Origin: Okamejei kenojei
Lineage: Eukaryota
DNA: 64,000 nucleotides
Direction: 5' to 3'
Assembly (NCBI GenBank): GCA_035221665.1
Contig: CM069154.1
Span: forward strand, 5,704,001-5,768,000
Position numbers and translations under genes: made by a program. Below are positions 14,001 through 27,194 of the stretch, piece after piece. The notes beneath the pieces are model-generated. The model saw nothing but the letters and a program-made list of their open reading frames with translations. It searched no databases and was not told the DNA's origin. Numbering within the stretch: the stretch's first letter is position 1; each line of letters opens with the position of its first letter.

Positions 14001-17000
14001 CAGAGACAGGTGGATTTATAATAAGGGCAGAACCACAGGCCCTTCGAGCCTGCAGGGGATCCGTACAGGGCAATCAGTTGGCTCAACTAACTGGGCAGAG
14101 AGTACTTTGGTTTTTTCTCATCTAGTCTTATCACTAAAAGCTGTGAAGACATCTTCCTGCATAGACGGTCCAACCCCTTAAGAATTTCCCGGAGTCAAAC
14201 CGAGTCTACTCCAGGACAGATCACTCCTCTATGGCAATGGGGAGGTAGAAGGAGTGGTGGAAGGGACTCAAATCCTTTTGGGCTAATACATACCATTCGC
14301 TTTTAATTAGAATCGGCCAATACTAATAGTCTGTTTTACTGTTTTTGCCACCAAAGTGGATAAACATCACATTTATCCAAATTATACTGCATCTGCCAAA
14401 CATTTGCCCACTCACCCAGCCTAAATGACAGAACAGTGTTGGGACTGAGGGAAGAGGGAGGTAACTGAGAATAATTCCCCAGGGCCTGATGGTCTGCATC
14501 CCAGAGTACTCAAGGAGGTGGCCGAGAAATCGTGGATTAATTGGTGATAATTTTCCAATGTTCTCTCGACTCGGATCAGTTCCTGTGAACTGGAGGGTAG
14601 CCAATGGAACTCCACTTTTTAAGAAAGGAAGGAGAGAGAAAACGGGGAATTATTGTCCAGTTAGCCTTACATTGGTAGTGGGGAAGATGCTGGAGTCGAT
14701 TATGAAAGATGTTATAGCAGCGCATTTGGAAAGCAGTGACAAGATCAGTCAAAATCAGCATGGATCTATGAAGGGGAATTATTCATGCATTACTAATCTT
14801 TTGGAATTTTTTGAGGATGGATGGATAAGTAGAATGGATAAGGGAGAACCAGTGGATGTGGTGTATCTGTCTTTGACACGGTCCCACATAAGAGATCAGT
14901 GTGCAAAATTAGAGCACATGGTATTGGGGTAGGGTATTGACATGGATAGAGAACTGGTCAGCAGACAGGAAGCAAAGAGTAGGAATTAATGGGTCCTTTT
15001 CAGAATGGCAGGCAGTGACTAGTGTGGTGCCGCAAGGTGCTGGCATCCCAGGTATATACAATATATATTAACGATTTAAACGAGGGAATTAAATGTGACA
15101 TTTCTAAGTTTACGGATGACGCAAAGTTGGATGGTAGTGTGAACAGCAAGGAGGATGCTATGAGACTGCAGGGTGACTTGGATAGGTTGGGTTAGTGGGC
15201 AGAAGCATGGCAGATAGAGTATAATGTGGATACATGTGAGGTTATCCACTTTGGTGGCAAGAACATGAAGACAGATTATTATCTGAAGGGTGTCTGATTA
15301 GGAGAAGGGAAGGTGCAACGAGACCTGGCTTTGCTTGTACATCAGTCACTGAAAGTAAGCATGCAGGTACAACAGGCAGTGAAGAAAGCCAATGGCATGT
15401 TGGTCTTTATTGCGAGAGGATTTGAGTTTAGAAGAAAGGAGATCCTACTGCAGTTGTACAGGGCCCTTGTGAGACCACTCTGCAGTATTGTGTGCAACTT
15501 TGGTCTCCTAATTTGAGGAAGGACATTATTGCTATTGAGGGAGTGCAGCGTAGGTTCACCAGGTTATTTCCCGGGATGACAGGCCTGACATATGATGATA
15601 GAATGTGTTGACTGGGCTTGTATTAGCTGAAATGTAGAAGGATGAGAGGGATCTTATAGAAACATATAAAATTCTTAGAGGATTGGACAGGTTAGATGCA
15701 GGAAAAAATTCCCGATGTTGGGGGTCCAGAACCAGGGACACAGTTTAAGAATAAGGGGTAGGCCATTTTGGACTGAGATGAGGAAACCTTTTAACACCCA
15801 GAGAGTTGTGAGTCTGTGGAATACTGCCACAGAGGGCAGTGGAGGCCAATTCACTGCATGTTTTCAAGAGAAAGTTCAATTTAGCTCTTAGGGAATCAAG
15901 GACTATGGGGGAAAAAGCCAGAGTGGGGTACTGATTTTGGATGATCAGCCATGATCATATTGAATGGCAGTGCTGGCTCAAAGGGCCAACTGGCCTACTC
16001 CTGCATCTATTTTCTATTTCTCCATGTAAAAATTGTCCCTTATGTTGGATAGCGTTCGTGTGCGGTGATCGCTGGTCGGTGCGGACTCGGTGAGCCGAAG
16101 AGCCTGTTTCCACGCTGTATCTCAAAACTAAACTTCACCATATTCAAAGAATGGTAAATATGTTACCTGTCAGGTCATAATGAGGTTTCCCATGAGATTT
16201 AACATTGTTCTACAGTAGACTGTGTCAGGAAGCAACTATTCCATAACCCAATGGAACTTCCTGAAGCTTTCATAAAATGCTACATAAATACAATATCCTA
16301 CTTCAGACCTTCTGATGCAGAAAATTTCCATCAAGTCTCTGTAATTCTTATAAAGGGTAGTGCAGTGGCACAACTGGTAGAGCTGCTACCTCACAGCACC
16401 GGAGTCCCGAGTTCGATCCTGACCTCGGGTGTTGCCTGCATGGAGTTTGTACGTTCTCCCTATTGACCGTGTGGGTTTCCTCCAGGTGCTCCGGTTTCCT
16501 TCCACATCCCACATTGGGACATGTACATGGATAGGAGAGGTTTAGAGGGATATGGGCCAAATGCAGGCAGGTGGGACTCAGGTAGATGGGGGCATGTTGG
16601 TCGGCGTGGCCAAGTTGGGCCGAAGGGCCTGTTTTCGCACTGTATGACCCAATCCCAAAGACGTGCAGGTTAGTAGGTTAATTGGCCTCTATAAATTGCC
16701 CCACTGCTGTCGGTGGCAGAGAATTCCACAGATTCACAATTCTCTGGGTGAAGATTCCACAGATTCACAACTCTCTGGGTGAAAAGTGTGCCCCTGGGAG
16801 AACTAATGTGAACGGGTGATCAATGGTCGGTGGGCCGAAGGGCCTGGTTACATATTGTATTTCTAAACTAAGTTTCATGAAAGGGATTCAAGTTTGACAT
16901 CAATGGATAAAATGCAACATTATCCTTTGCATGTTTGACTTCAATGAAGTCCATATCAGAATTAATTATCATTATATTTTTCAGGCTCAAATGGAAAGAG

Positions 17001-18841
17001 AATTATAAGTCAGGAAAATCCAGCAGAAAGTTTCACGGTAAGGCAATGCCACAGCATGTTGTAGCCCCAGGGAAATAAAACAACCTTACTGGAAGTCACC
17101 TCTGAAGGGTCACACATCACATGACATATCGATCACTTGACCGCTTATAACATGGCACCTAAATGAACGAGTGCCCATCCTTGGCCTTCTCCACTGCCTT
17201 GGTGAGGCCAGGCACAAACTAAAAAGCACAACATCTGGGTTCGATTCTGACCACGGGTGCTGTCTGTGTGGAGTTTGCAGGTTCTTCCTGTGACCACCTG
17301 GGTTTCGTCTGGATGCTCCGGTTTCCTCCCACATCCCAAAGACGAGCGGGTTTGTAAGTGAATTGCCCTCCATGAATTTCCCCCAATGTGTAGGGAGTGG
17401 ATGAGAAAGTGGGATAACATAGATCTAAGGTGGACAGGTGATCGATGGTCGCTGTGAGGCAGTAGGTCTACCAGCTGCGCCACTGAGCCCATCCTTTCAC
17501 TTCCTTTGTTGCCATTAATGGTCTCGACTGAGTTCACTCCTGTTGTCAGTGGGCGGCACAGTGGCGCAGCGGTAGAGCTACAGCCTCACAGCGCCAGAGA
17601 CCCGAGTTCCATCCTGACCTCGGATGTTGTCTGTGCAGTGTTTGCGCAGTCTCCCTGTGACCGCCCGGGTTTTCTCCGGGTGATCCGGTTTGCTCCCACG
17701 TTCCAAAGATGTGCAGGTTTGTAGGTTAATTGGCTTCTGTAAATTGCCCCCAGTGTGTAGGGATAACATGGAACGACTGTGAACGGGTGACTGATGGTCA
17801 GCGTGGACTTGGTGGGCCAAGGGGCCTGATTCCATTCAGCATCTCTAAACTAAACTAAACTAAGTAATTATGTTTAGGTCTGAAGAAGGGTCTCGACCCA
17901 AAATGCCACCTATTCCTTTTCTCCAGAGATGTTGCCTGACCCGCTGGTTACTCCAGCATTTTGTGTACGCTGTCCTAAAAAAGGCAGCCAGCATCATCAG
18001 AGACCCACAGCACCCTGGCCGCGCTCTCATTTCACCTCTGCCATCAGGAAGAAGGTACAGGAGCCCCAAAACTGCAATGTCCCGGTTCAGGAACAGCTTC
18101 ATCCCTACAGCCATCAGGGTGTTAAACACAACTACCTCAAATAAGGTCCAAACTACATAGTCTTGGGGGCATTAGTTTTAACTTTTATGTACTTTTACGT
18201 GTATGTGGGTATGTGTGTGTGTGTGTGTGTGTGTCTGTCTCTCTCTCTCTCTCTCTCGCACATACACATTTGGGACATATGACAATAAAGTATTCCTGAC
18301 ACTATCTTTAAGAAAGAACTGCAGATGCTGGAAAAATCGAAGGTAGACAAAAATGCTGGAGAAACTCAGCGGGTGAGGCAGCATCTATGGAGCGAAGGAA
18401 TAGGTGACGTTCCGGGTTGGAGATGTCAATGTTCAAGCTGCCCTTGCTTTCCCTCTCTCTCCATCCCTTCCCCCTTCCCAGTTCTCCCACTGGTCTTACT
18501 GTCTCCGAGTACATTTTATCTCTGTACCGCCCACTCCCCTGACATCAGTCCGAAGGGTCTCGACCAGAAACGTCACCTATTCCTTCGCTCCATAGATGCT
18601 GCCTCACCCGCTGGGTTTCTCCAGCATTTTCGTCTACCTTCTGACACTATCTTTAAGTAATTATGTTTCTCACTTGACTCCAAAGGAAACCCCTGTCATT
18701 TATACCACCGTGACAAACCGTTCTCCAGCTAGCACGGAGAATACTTACATGAACCTTCAGGATCTGAACACACAAGGACAAGCCAAGAGGCAAGGTGCCG
18801 CAGAAGTTGTGTACGCAACAATTCTCACTGATAATAATTAA
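1923..18841 (+). CDS. Gene A: CD300/PIGR-like (MDIR-like) inhibitory receptor; exons 1923-2019, 4987-5315, 9610-9766, 10374-10489, 16985-17037, 18686-18841
   Basis: Six GT-AG exons encode leader, IgV, Ser/Thr stalk, TM and a tail with VIYTTV, TYMNL and VVYATI. Phases are compatible except within the IgV exon, which carries several 1-bp indels. Confidence 0.8.
4987..5315 (+). pseudogene. Gene A IgV exon with multiple frameshifts (true lesion or consensus error)
   Basis: After CAACAG| the pieces GSRGITGP / EEVRGELRQSVTVECQYGQE / FSDYKKLW / QGRTSMTDIKTQRILSVTI / NLEKSDEG / IYWCAID appear in changing frames; donor GAAG|GTACG. Confidence 0.8.
5922..8905 (-). mobile_element. CR1/HER1-type LINE ORF2 (endonuclease and RT), frameshifted
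   Basis: ITETWL, VGVVYRPPN, MGDFN and VRPHLEYCVQFWSP motifs; (GAAACATA)n 3' tail at 5922. Confidence 0.95.
9610..9766 (+). CDS. Gene A mucin-like Ser/Thr-rich stalk exon
   Basis: GSQTSRPDMVTSTSTTMSTRASTTTTLTTLTLDAPTTKEASSIEASGSTSPN(R); pyrimidine-rich acceptor, phase 1 to 2. Confidence 0.8.
9828..10120 (-). mobile_element. HE1-type tRNA-derived V-SINE (representative of dozens of copies and fragments in the window)
   Basis: A box TGGCGCAGTGG, B box GGTTTGATCC, conserved core and AACT-type repeat tail. Confidence 0.85.
10374..10489 (+). CDS. Gene A transmembrane exon
   Basis: EADTFPWQFVLAIALTIVFLLLIAAIILCVKIRQKKKT(G); TTGCAG| acceptor and |GTAAGT donor, phase 2 to 1. Confidence 0.9.
13370..16025 (+). 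mobile_element. CR1/HER1-type LINE, degenerate, with an anomalous internal segment
   Basis: EPTRGQAILDWVL and WRVANGTPLFKKG motifs, RT core, and the shared 3' UTR and tail. Confidence 0.93.
16985..17037 (+). CDS. Gene A cytoplasmic exon 1
   Basis: (G)SNGKRIISQENPAESFT; TTTTTCAG| and |GTAAGG, phase 1 to 0. Confidence 0.75.
17551..17862 (+). mobile_element. HE1-type V-SINE
   Basis: GGGCGGCACAGTGGCGCAGCGG head and (AAACT)n tail. Confidence 0.88.
18212..18258. repeat. (TG)n(TC)n compound microsatellite
   Basis: Visible directly in the sequence. Confidence 0.95.
18686..18841 (+). CDS. Gene A terminal cytoplasmic exon with ITIM-type motifs
   Basis: ETPVIYTTVTNRSPASTENTYMNLQDLNTQGQAKRQGAAEVVYATILTDNN*; phase 0. 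Confidence 0.85.
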   Translation, partial: ETPVIYTTVTNRSPASTENTYMNLQDLNTQGQAKRQGAAEVVYATILTDNN

Positions 18842-20075
18842 TTCAAGCACCGGAGAACACCAAGAATGCATTGGAAACGGACAGTCTGTTAAAATTGTCT
18901 TTGCTTGCCCACATTTGCGTTCACATCGCACTAAGAACAGTTTATGGTCATCAAGATAACTGCAGATTTGGGGAATCTGATAAAGATAGAACATAGGAAA
19001 GTACAACAGACCCTTTGGCCCACAATATCTGTGACGAAAATGAAAAATGTGAAAACACTCAGCAGGTCAGGCAGCACCTGTATAGATAGAAACAGGGATA
19101 ACATGATAGTTTGATGACCTTAAGGTGAGGGGGAAAAGATTTAGTAGGAACCCGAGGTTCAACTTTTTCACTCAGAGGGTGGTGGGTGTAAGGAACAAGC
19201 TGCTAGAGGAGGCAGTTGAGGCAGGTACTTTAACATAATTGAAAATACTTTTGGACAGGTACATGGATAGGAAAGGTTTAGAGGGATATGGGCCAAATAC
19301 GGGAAGGTGGGACTATCATAGATGGGTTGGCAAGGACAAATTGGGCCAAATGGCCTGGTTCGTGCTGTATGTCTCTTAGAGTTTGTATTCAACATAAGAA
19401 AATAAGAGCAGAAATAGGCCATTCAGCTCTTCAAGCCAATTCCGCCATTCAACACAATCATGGCTGATCTGCCTCCAACCTCATCCCCTCTCATGTGCCA
19501 GTTCCTCAATGCCCTCGACTCATTGCCCCTTCAAACTCCTCTTTAAATACCCCTAATGATCCAGCCTCAATAACCTCCCAGTAGCAGGTTATTCCATGGA
19601 TTTATCCCTCCGTTCCGCTTTCCACAAATGCCACCGAACATATTGAGATTTTCCACCATTTTGCTTTTGCCTTAACAGAACAGCTGTGGAATTTGAACTC
19701 TGTTATTAATTTGTGATTTAAAAATAAATATCGAATTACGGGTTGAGTGATGGGTGGGAAGAGATACGAAGTAGGTATATCATCATTTTTTGTTTTTCTT
19801 TCTGTTTTTGTCTTTTTATTTCTTTACATTCTTCTCATTTCTTTTATTGGACTCTTTGGCTACACCAATTTGGTATTCTAGGTTTCTATTCTTGCACATT
19901 CACTTTCTCTCTTCCTTTTTCTCCTTTCTTCTTCTCATCTTTAGCTAAAAATTAAAATTGAAGCTGTACAATAAATGTATTATGCCACGGTTTATACTTT
20001 TGTACACTGCTTCTAATAAAAATATTAAAAAATAAATAAAATTAAAAAATTAAAATGAATATGTATATGTACTGT

Positions 20076-21873
20076 TGAACAACAATTGTTCATCCCAGTA
20101 TGGCAAAAGAATAAATCATGGAAGGTGGCGCATCCGTGGATAACGAGGGAAATCAGGGATAGTATCAAAGAAAAAGATGAAGTGTACAAATTAGCCAGAA
20201 AAAGCAGCCTACCAGAGGACTGGGAGAAATTCGGAGACCAAAAGAGGAGGACAAAGGGCTTAATTAGGAAAGGGAAAATGGAGTATGAAAGAAAACTGGC
20301 AGGAAACATATAAACTGACTGCAAACGTTTTTATCGATATGTGAAGCGCAAAAGATTAGTTAAAACAAATGTAGGTCCCTTGCAGTCAGAAACGGTGAAT
20401 TGATCATGGGGAACAAGGACATGGCAGACCAATTGAATAACTACTTTGGTTCTGTCTTCACTAAGGAAGACATAAATAATTTGCCAGAAATAGCAGGGGA
20501 TCGCGGGTCAAATGAGATGGAGGAAATGAGTGAAATCCAGGTTAGCCGGAAAGTGGTGTTAGGTAAATTGAATGGATTAAAGGCCGATAAATCCCTGGGG
20601 CCAGATAGGCTGCATCCCAGGGTACTTAAGGAAGTAGCCCCAGAAATAGCAGATGCCTTAGTGATAATTTTTCAAAACTCTTTAGATTCTGGAGTAGTTC
20701 CTGAGGATTGGAGGGTAGCTAATGTAACCCCACTTTTTAAAAAGGGAGGAAGAGAGAAAACGGGGAATTACAGACCAGTTAGTCTAACATCGGTAGTGGG
20801 GAACCTGCTAGAGTCAATTATTAAAGATGGGATAGCAGCGCATTTGGAAAGTGGTGAAATCATTGGACAAAGTCAGCATGGATTTACAAAGGGTAAATCA
20901 TGTCTGACGAATCTTATTGAATTTTTTGAGGATGTAACTAGTAGAGTGGATAAGGGAGAACCAGTGGATGTGTTATATCTGGACTTTCAGAAGGCTTTCG
21001 ACAAGGTCCCACACAAGAGATTGGTATACAAACTTAAAGCACACGGTGTTGGTGGTTCAGTATTGATGTGGATAGAGAATGTGAGGTTATCCACTTTGGT
21101 GGCAAAAACAGGAAGGTAGACTATTATTTGAATGGTGACCGATTAGGAAAAGGGGAGATGCAGCGAGACCTGGGTGTCATGGTACACCAGTCATTGAAAG
21201 TAGTCATGCAGGTGCAGCAGGCTGTGAAGAAAGCAAATGGTATGTTGGCATTCATAGCAAAAGGATTTGAGTACAAGAGCAGGGAGGTTCTACTGCAGTT
21301 GTACAGGGTCTTGGTGAGGCCACACCTGGAGTATTGTGTACAGTTTTGGTCTCCTAATCTGAGGAAAGACATTCTTGTCATAGAGGGAGTACAGAGAAGG
21401 TTCACCAGACTGATTCCTGGGATGGCACGACTTCCATATGAAGAAAGACTGGATAGACTCGGCTTGTACTCGCTGGAATTTAGAAGATTGAGGGGTGATC
21501 TCATAGAGACAAAATTCTTAAGGGGTTGGACAGGCTAGATGCAGGACGATTGTTCCCGATGTTGGGGAAGTCCAGGACAAGGGGTCACAGTTTAAGGATA
21601 AGGGGGAAGTCTTTTTGGACCGAGATGAGAAAATCGTTTTTCACACAGAGAGTGGTGAATCTGTGGAATTCTCTGCCACAGAAGGTAATTGAGGCCAGTT
21701 CGTTGGCCATATTTAAGAGGGAGTTGGATGTGGCCCTTGTGGCTGAAAGGGATCAGGGGTATGGAGAGAAGGCAGGTACAGGATACTGAGTTGGATGATC
21801 AGCCATGATCATATTGAATGGCGGGCCGAATGGCCTGCTCCTGCACCTAATTTCTATGTTTCTATGTTTCTAT
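20076..21873 (+). mobile_element. CR1/HER1-type LINE, 5'-truncated, with an internal RT deletion
   Basis: ORFs 20400-21119 (YLDFQKAFDKVPH) and 21068-21538; (TTTCTATG)n tail. Confidence 0.95.
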
Positions 21874-24014
21874 GTAACACAATACCGGCTTGTTGTTAAA
21901 ACTCACTGGTTGACTTTCCACCATCCAGTTTACCAAGAAAAACAGTACTGTTACTAAGTCATAGTAACAGTAACTTGCCCACATCAACCAACATGACCCA
22001 TCTACATTAGTGCCAACTGACTATGTTTGCCCAATATCTCTCTAAACCTGTCCTATCCATGTACCTGTCTAATTGTTTCTTAAACATTGCAATAGTCCCT
22101 GCCTCAACTACCTCCTCTGGCAGCTTGTTCCATACACCCACCACACTGTGCGTGATTGTCAGACCTATATACGGTATGGAATTTAGAAAGGTACAGCACA
22201 GGAGCAGGCCCTTCGGCCCACAATGCGGGTGCTGAACATAATGTCAACATGAACTAAACTCATTTTCCTGCACATGATCCATAACACCCTCCCCCCCCCC
22301 CCATTTCCAGGATATCCACGTGCCAATCTAAAAGCCTCTAAAGAATGCTACTATCTCATTTGCCGCCATCGCCATCCCTGGCAGCACGTTCCAGGCACCT
22401 CACATATGCTTGGATTAAGCACCATGAGGGCAGCACGGTAGCGCAGTGGTAGAGATGCTGCCTTACAGCGCTTGCAACGCCAGAGACACTGGTTCGCTCC
22501 AGAATGGGTGCCGTTTGTACGGAGTTTGTACGTTCTCCCTGTGACTTGCACGGGTATTCTCTGAGACCTTCAGTTTCCTTCAACACTCCAAAGACGTACA
22601 GGTTTGTAGGTTAATTGGCTTGGTATAAATATAAATTGTCACCAGTGTGTGTAGGAATAGATAGTGTTAATGTGCGGGGATCGCTGGTTGGCATGGATCC
22701 GGTGGGCCGAAGGGCCTATTTCTGCGCTGTACCTGAAACTAAAAGTTCCCTCAACATCTCCCAAGATCCCAGACTAGATCAACAGTTGTTTGAGACGTCA
22801 GTTGCAGGGTTGTGGACCTATTCTTGTACTGCTCCTGTGAAGGTTTCCACGTGCTTTCCAGACAATTGCTTTCATTTCCCTGTATTTTGTGAATGTTTAC
22901 GCGAAGCGCAGTGGCTTGCAAATATGTGTATGAGGAACAGGAATCGCAAGTGAGAGATTGTGTAAATATGTACAAATGTTGTGTAATGGAACATCTACAG
23001 ATGACATGGGAGATGTTGTAAGCATACAATAAAGTACACTTGTCTTCTGAATACCTGGTGAGCCCAAGATCTTACCGACTTTGTCGAAGGTGGTTTTGCG
23101 GATGGACGTAGAACACAGAACAGCACAGGGACAGGCCCTTCGGCCCACATTGTCCATGCCAAACATGAGGAAAGTTAAACTGATCTCATCTGCCTGCACA
23201 TAGTCCACTATCCCTCCACCCCCTGCATGTCTATGTGCCTATCTTATACTTGTACTGAAATGTATACAAAAATGAATTTCACTGTACCTCGTTACATGAC
23301 AAATAACGTACCATACCATACTATCTAAAAGACTCAATGGGCTGAAGGGCCTCTATCTCTAAAGTCTAAAGCAAAGTGCCACAGCGGTAGATTTGCTGCC
23401 TCATGGCGCAGGAGACCCAGCTACGATCCTGACCACGGGTGCTGTCCGTGTGGAGTTTGTACGTTTTCCCTGTGATCGCGTGGGCTTTCTCCGGCTTCCT
23501 CCTCCATTCCAAAGACGTGCAGGTTAATTGGCTTCTGTAAATTGCCCGTAGTGTGTAGGATAGAACTAGTGTGTGGGCGATCGCTGGTCGATGTGGACTC
23601 AGCGGGCCGTAGGACCCATTTCCACACTGTATTTCTAAACTAAACTAAAGCATTACACATAAGATGGGAAATGGGATAAATCAACAGCTGAAGCAAAGTC
23701 AGCTGCATCAGAGGACCATCGGTCTACAATCGAGCTTCACTACTCATGTGGAAAGAGAAGTTGTTTCAATAGCAATGTCCTCCAAGCAGCAACTCTACCG
23801 CTGCGTCACCGTGCTGCCTCGTGAAAAAGCCTCTGGTTATTAAACTGGAAGAGACGTGGGGAGTGGGGGGGCACAAAATGTGGTGAGTGATGGGTGGATA
23901 CAGGTGAGGAGGGGTGGGGGGGTTACCAGTGCTATACACTTGTACTGTATCTGAGATGCTTATCTAAGATATATCTAAGTGCTTATGTATAGTGGTACTT
24001 GTACTGAACATTAC

Positions 24015-24574
24015 ATAGAAACATTGAAACATAGTCAATAGGTGCAGGAGTAGGCCATTCGGCCCTTTGAGCCAGCACCGCCATTCATTATGATCACGGC
24101 TGATCATCCAAAATCAAATTCAAGTTCACATTTATTGTCACATGCACCAATTAAGGTTCAGTGATATCAGTACCCAGCCTTGCAGCACCCCACTAGTCAC
24201 TGCCTGCCATTCTGAAAAGGACCCGTTAATTCCTACCCTTTGCTTCCTGTCTGCCAATCAGTTCTCTATCCATATCAATGCCCTACCCCCAATACCATGT
24301 GCTCTAATTTTGCACACTAATCTCTTGTGTGGGACCTTGTCAAAGGCTTTTTGAAAGTCCAGATACTCCACATCCACTGGCTCTCCATTATCCATTCTAC
24401 TTGTTACACCCTCAAAAACTTCCAAAAGATTAGTCAAGCATGATTTCCCCTTCATAAATCCATGCTGACTTTGACCGATCTTGTCATTGCGTTCCAAATG
24501 TGCTGCTATAACACTCTTAATAATCTTCCCCACTACCAATGTAAGACTAACAGGTCTATAATTCCTTGTTTTCA
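24015..24574 (-). mobile_element. CR1 LINE fragments
   Basis: YRPVSLT...QHGFMKGKSCLTN...DFQKAFDKVPH plus a piece of 3' tail. Confidence 0.85.
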
Positions 24575-27043
24575 CATTCTCGAGTGGTCCCCGTAACCTT
24601 TGATTCTCTTACCCTGAGTCAATCATGCTTACAATCTTCGCAATGTAAAGTTCTGCGATTGGAGCTCACGTCCCTGGTCACACTATGCTTGACACTTTCC
24701 CAGCACCGCTGACATGCTGTAAATGATTGCATTCATTGCACAATCTCCATTTTTACTCATACCAATAACAAATTGCTCAAAACTGCAAACCAGAACTGTC
24801 CCATTGAAATTCAAGGCACAGTACTCTCCTTATTACTGAAAGGCCACTCAGCTGACCGGCATTTCTAAGTTTGGTTTAGTTTAGAGGAACAGTGACGGTG
24901 GAGGCCGGTTTTCTGGATACTTTCAAGAGAGAGCGAGATAGGGCTCTTAAAGATGGCGGAGTCAGGGGGTATGGGGAGAAGGCAGGAACAGGGTACTGAT
25001 TGGGGATGATCAGCCATGATCACATTGAATGGCGGTGCTGGCTCGAAGGGCCGAATGGCCTAATCCTGTACCTATTGTCTATTGTCTATTGAAACAATCC
25101 CTTCGGCCCACCAAGTCTGCGGCGACCAGCGATCCCCACACACTAACACCATCCTGGGACAATTTACAATTATACCAAGCCCGTTAGCCTACAAACTTGC
25201 ACATCTTTGGAGTGTGGGAGGAAACTGAAGATACCGAAGAAAACCCACGCAGGTTACGGGGAGGACGGACAAACTCCATATAGACAAGCACCCGTAGTTA
25301 GGATCGAACCCGCGTCTCTGGTGCTGTCGGGCAGCAACTCTACCACTGTACCCCAAAATATTATGATACCTTATGATATTCCAAGTCTGTCTACATTGAG
25401 ATACAAGAAGACCTTCATACCTGGTCTACTCCATCCATGGAGGTCAAGATCACATTGACTCTCATCTTCCTAGTTGTAGGATTTGACCATCGTGGAGCAT
25501 GTCTCCGCAGCATCAGAGAGGTTATCATGGTAATAAATTAGAATCATAGACTCATAGTTATATAGCGCAGAAATAGACCCTTCACTCATCCATGCTGACC
25601 AAAATGCCCCACCTGAGTGGTCCCATTTGGCCGTATTTGATCCGTATCCCTCTGAACCATTCCTATCCATGTACCTGTCCAATTGACTTTTAAATGTTGT
25701 TATAGTAGGTGCCTTAGCTACCTCCTTTGACAGCTCGTTCCATATACCCACCACATTCTGAGTGAAAAGCTTGCACCTCAGGTTCCTATTAAATCCCTCC
25801 CCCCTCAATTTAAACTTGTCTGGATTTTGATTCCCCTTTTACTCTGGGTAAAAGACTCTGTGAACTCCCCCTATCAATTCCTCCTCATGATTGTATACAC
25901 CTCTATAAGGTCACCCCTCAGCCTCCTGTGCTCCAAGGAATAAAGTCCTAGATTATCCAAATTTAGTTTAGTTCATCATTTAGTTTATCACATGGACCAA
26001 GGCACAATGAAACACTTTTTTCTTGCATGCCATCCAGTCAGCAAAAGGACAATACGTGATTACAATCAAGCCACCCACAGTGTACAGATACAGGATAAAG
26101 GGAAATACTGTAGGTTTAGTGCAAGTTAAAGTCCAGTAAAGTCCAATTAAAGATGGTGCAAGGGTCTCCAATGAGGTAGATGGTAGGTCAGGATCACTCT
26201 CTAGTTAGTAATAAGAAGGTTCCGTTTCATGATAACATGAAGGCAGGAAGAAACTCCGTGAATCTGCAGGTGTGCGTTTTCAAACTTCTGTACCTCTTGC
26301 CTGATGAGAGAGGGGAGAAGAGGGAGTGGCCAGGGTGAGACTCGTCCTCCTTGTAGCTCAGACTTTCGAGTCCTGGCAAAATCCTGATAAATCTTCTTAG
26401 CACTCTTCCCAGCCATGAAGGAATCATTTCAACTGTTTAGGAAGGAACTGCAGATGCCGGTTTAAATCGAAGGTAGACACAAAAAGCCGGAGTAACTCAG
26501 CGGGTCAGACAGCATCTCTGGAGACAACCCCATACTCTAGGACTATCCGACACACTAGGGACAATCTACAACTTAGCGAAGCCAGATAACCTACAAATCC
26601 ACACGTCTTTGGATGGTGCGAGGAAACCGAACACCCGGAGAAAATCACGCGGTCATGGGGAGAACGTACAAACCCCGTACAGACAGCACCCATAGTCACA
26701 ATTAAACCCAGGTCTCTGGCGCTGTAAGTTCAGCAAGTTGTGAAACAGGATGTTTGTCAATATTCCTTATTCTAGATTGGATTGCAAAGTATTAATTTTA
26801 AAAGTGCATCACCAAACACTGATCTAAAAGTGCATGATCTTTAAGGAGGACAGGATTGGAATATGTGGATACCCTCACTGGAAACCTGCTTCAGTTCAGC
26901 TTGTCTTCTGCCCAAACCTCTGCCAACCACAGTTAATCCCCCAAAGTGGAACCGTTGGCAATGAGCACGCAACAGATGGCAAAATAGGATATGGGTCAAT
27001 GTTGCTTACTCTAAGTCACATTGCAAAGCATTTGTTCATTCGT

Positions 27044-27051
27044 GAGGAAGT
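27044..27051 (+). promoter_or_regulatory. Candidate PU.1/ETS site in the gene B promoter (second copy at 40124-40131)
   Basis: GAGGAAGT about 110 bp upstream of the ATG, retained in the duplicated promoter; motif match only. Confidence 0.35.
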
Positions 27052-27157
27052 TTGCACATGGAACAAGTGATTAAATCAAACAAGAGTAAGTCGTGAACAG
27101 AGCAAATTGGAGACCGCTTCATCGGCAAACAAGGACCTCTCTCCCTCTGGAGCCACG

Positions 27158-27194
27158 ATGTTTTACATTCTGCTGTTTCTGACTGTGACTTCAA
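27158..27194 (+). CDS. Gene B signal-peptide exon
   Basis: GCCACGATG Kozak-like start; MFYILLFLTVTS; donor |GTAAGT, phase 1. Confidence 0.85.

Noticed and set aside
16721-16781. Short direct repeat ATTCCACAGATTCACAA.TCTCTGGGTGAA
   Set aside because: Local 31-bp duplication inside a LINE fragment; no sign of function.
17551-17625. tRNA-like A/B box sequences (many copies)
   Set aside because: These are heads of tRNA-derived SINEs that continue into SINE cores, not tRNA genes.
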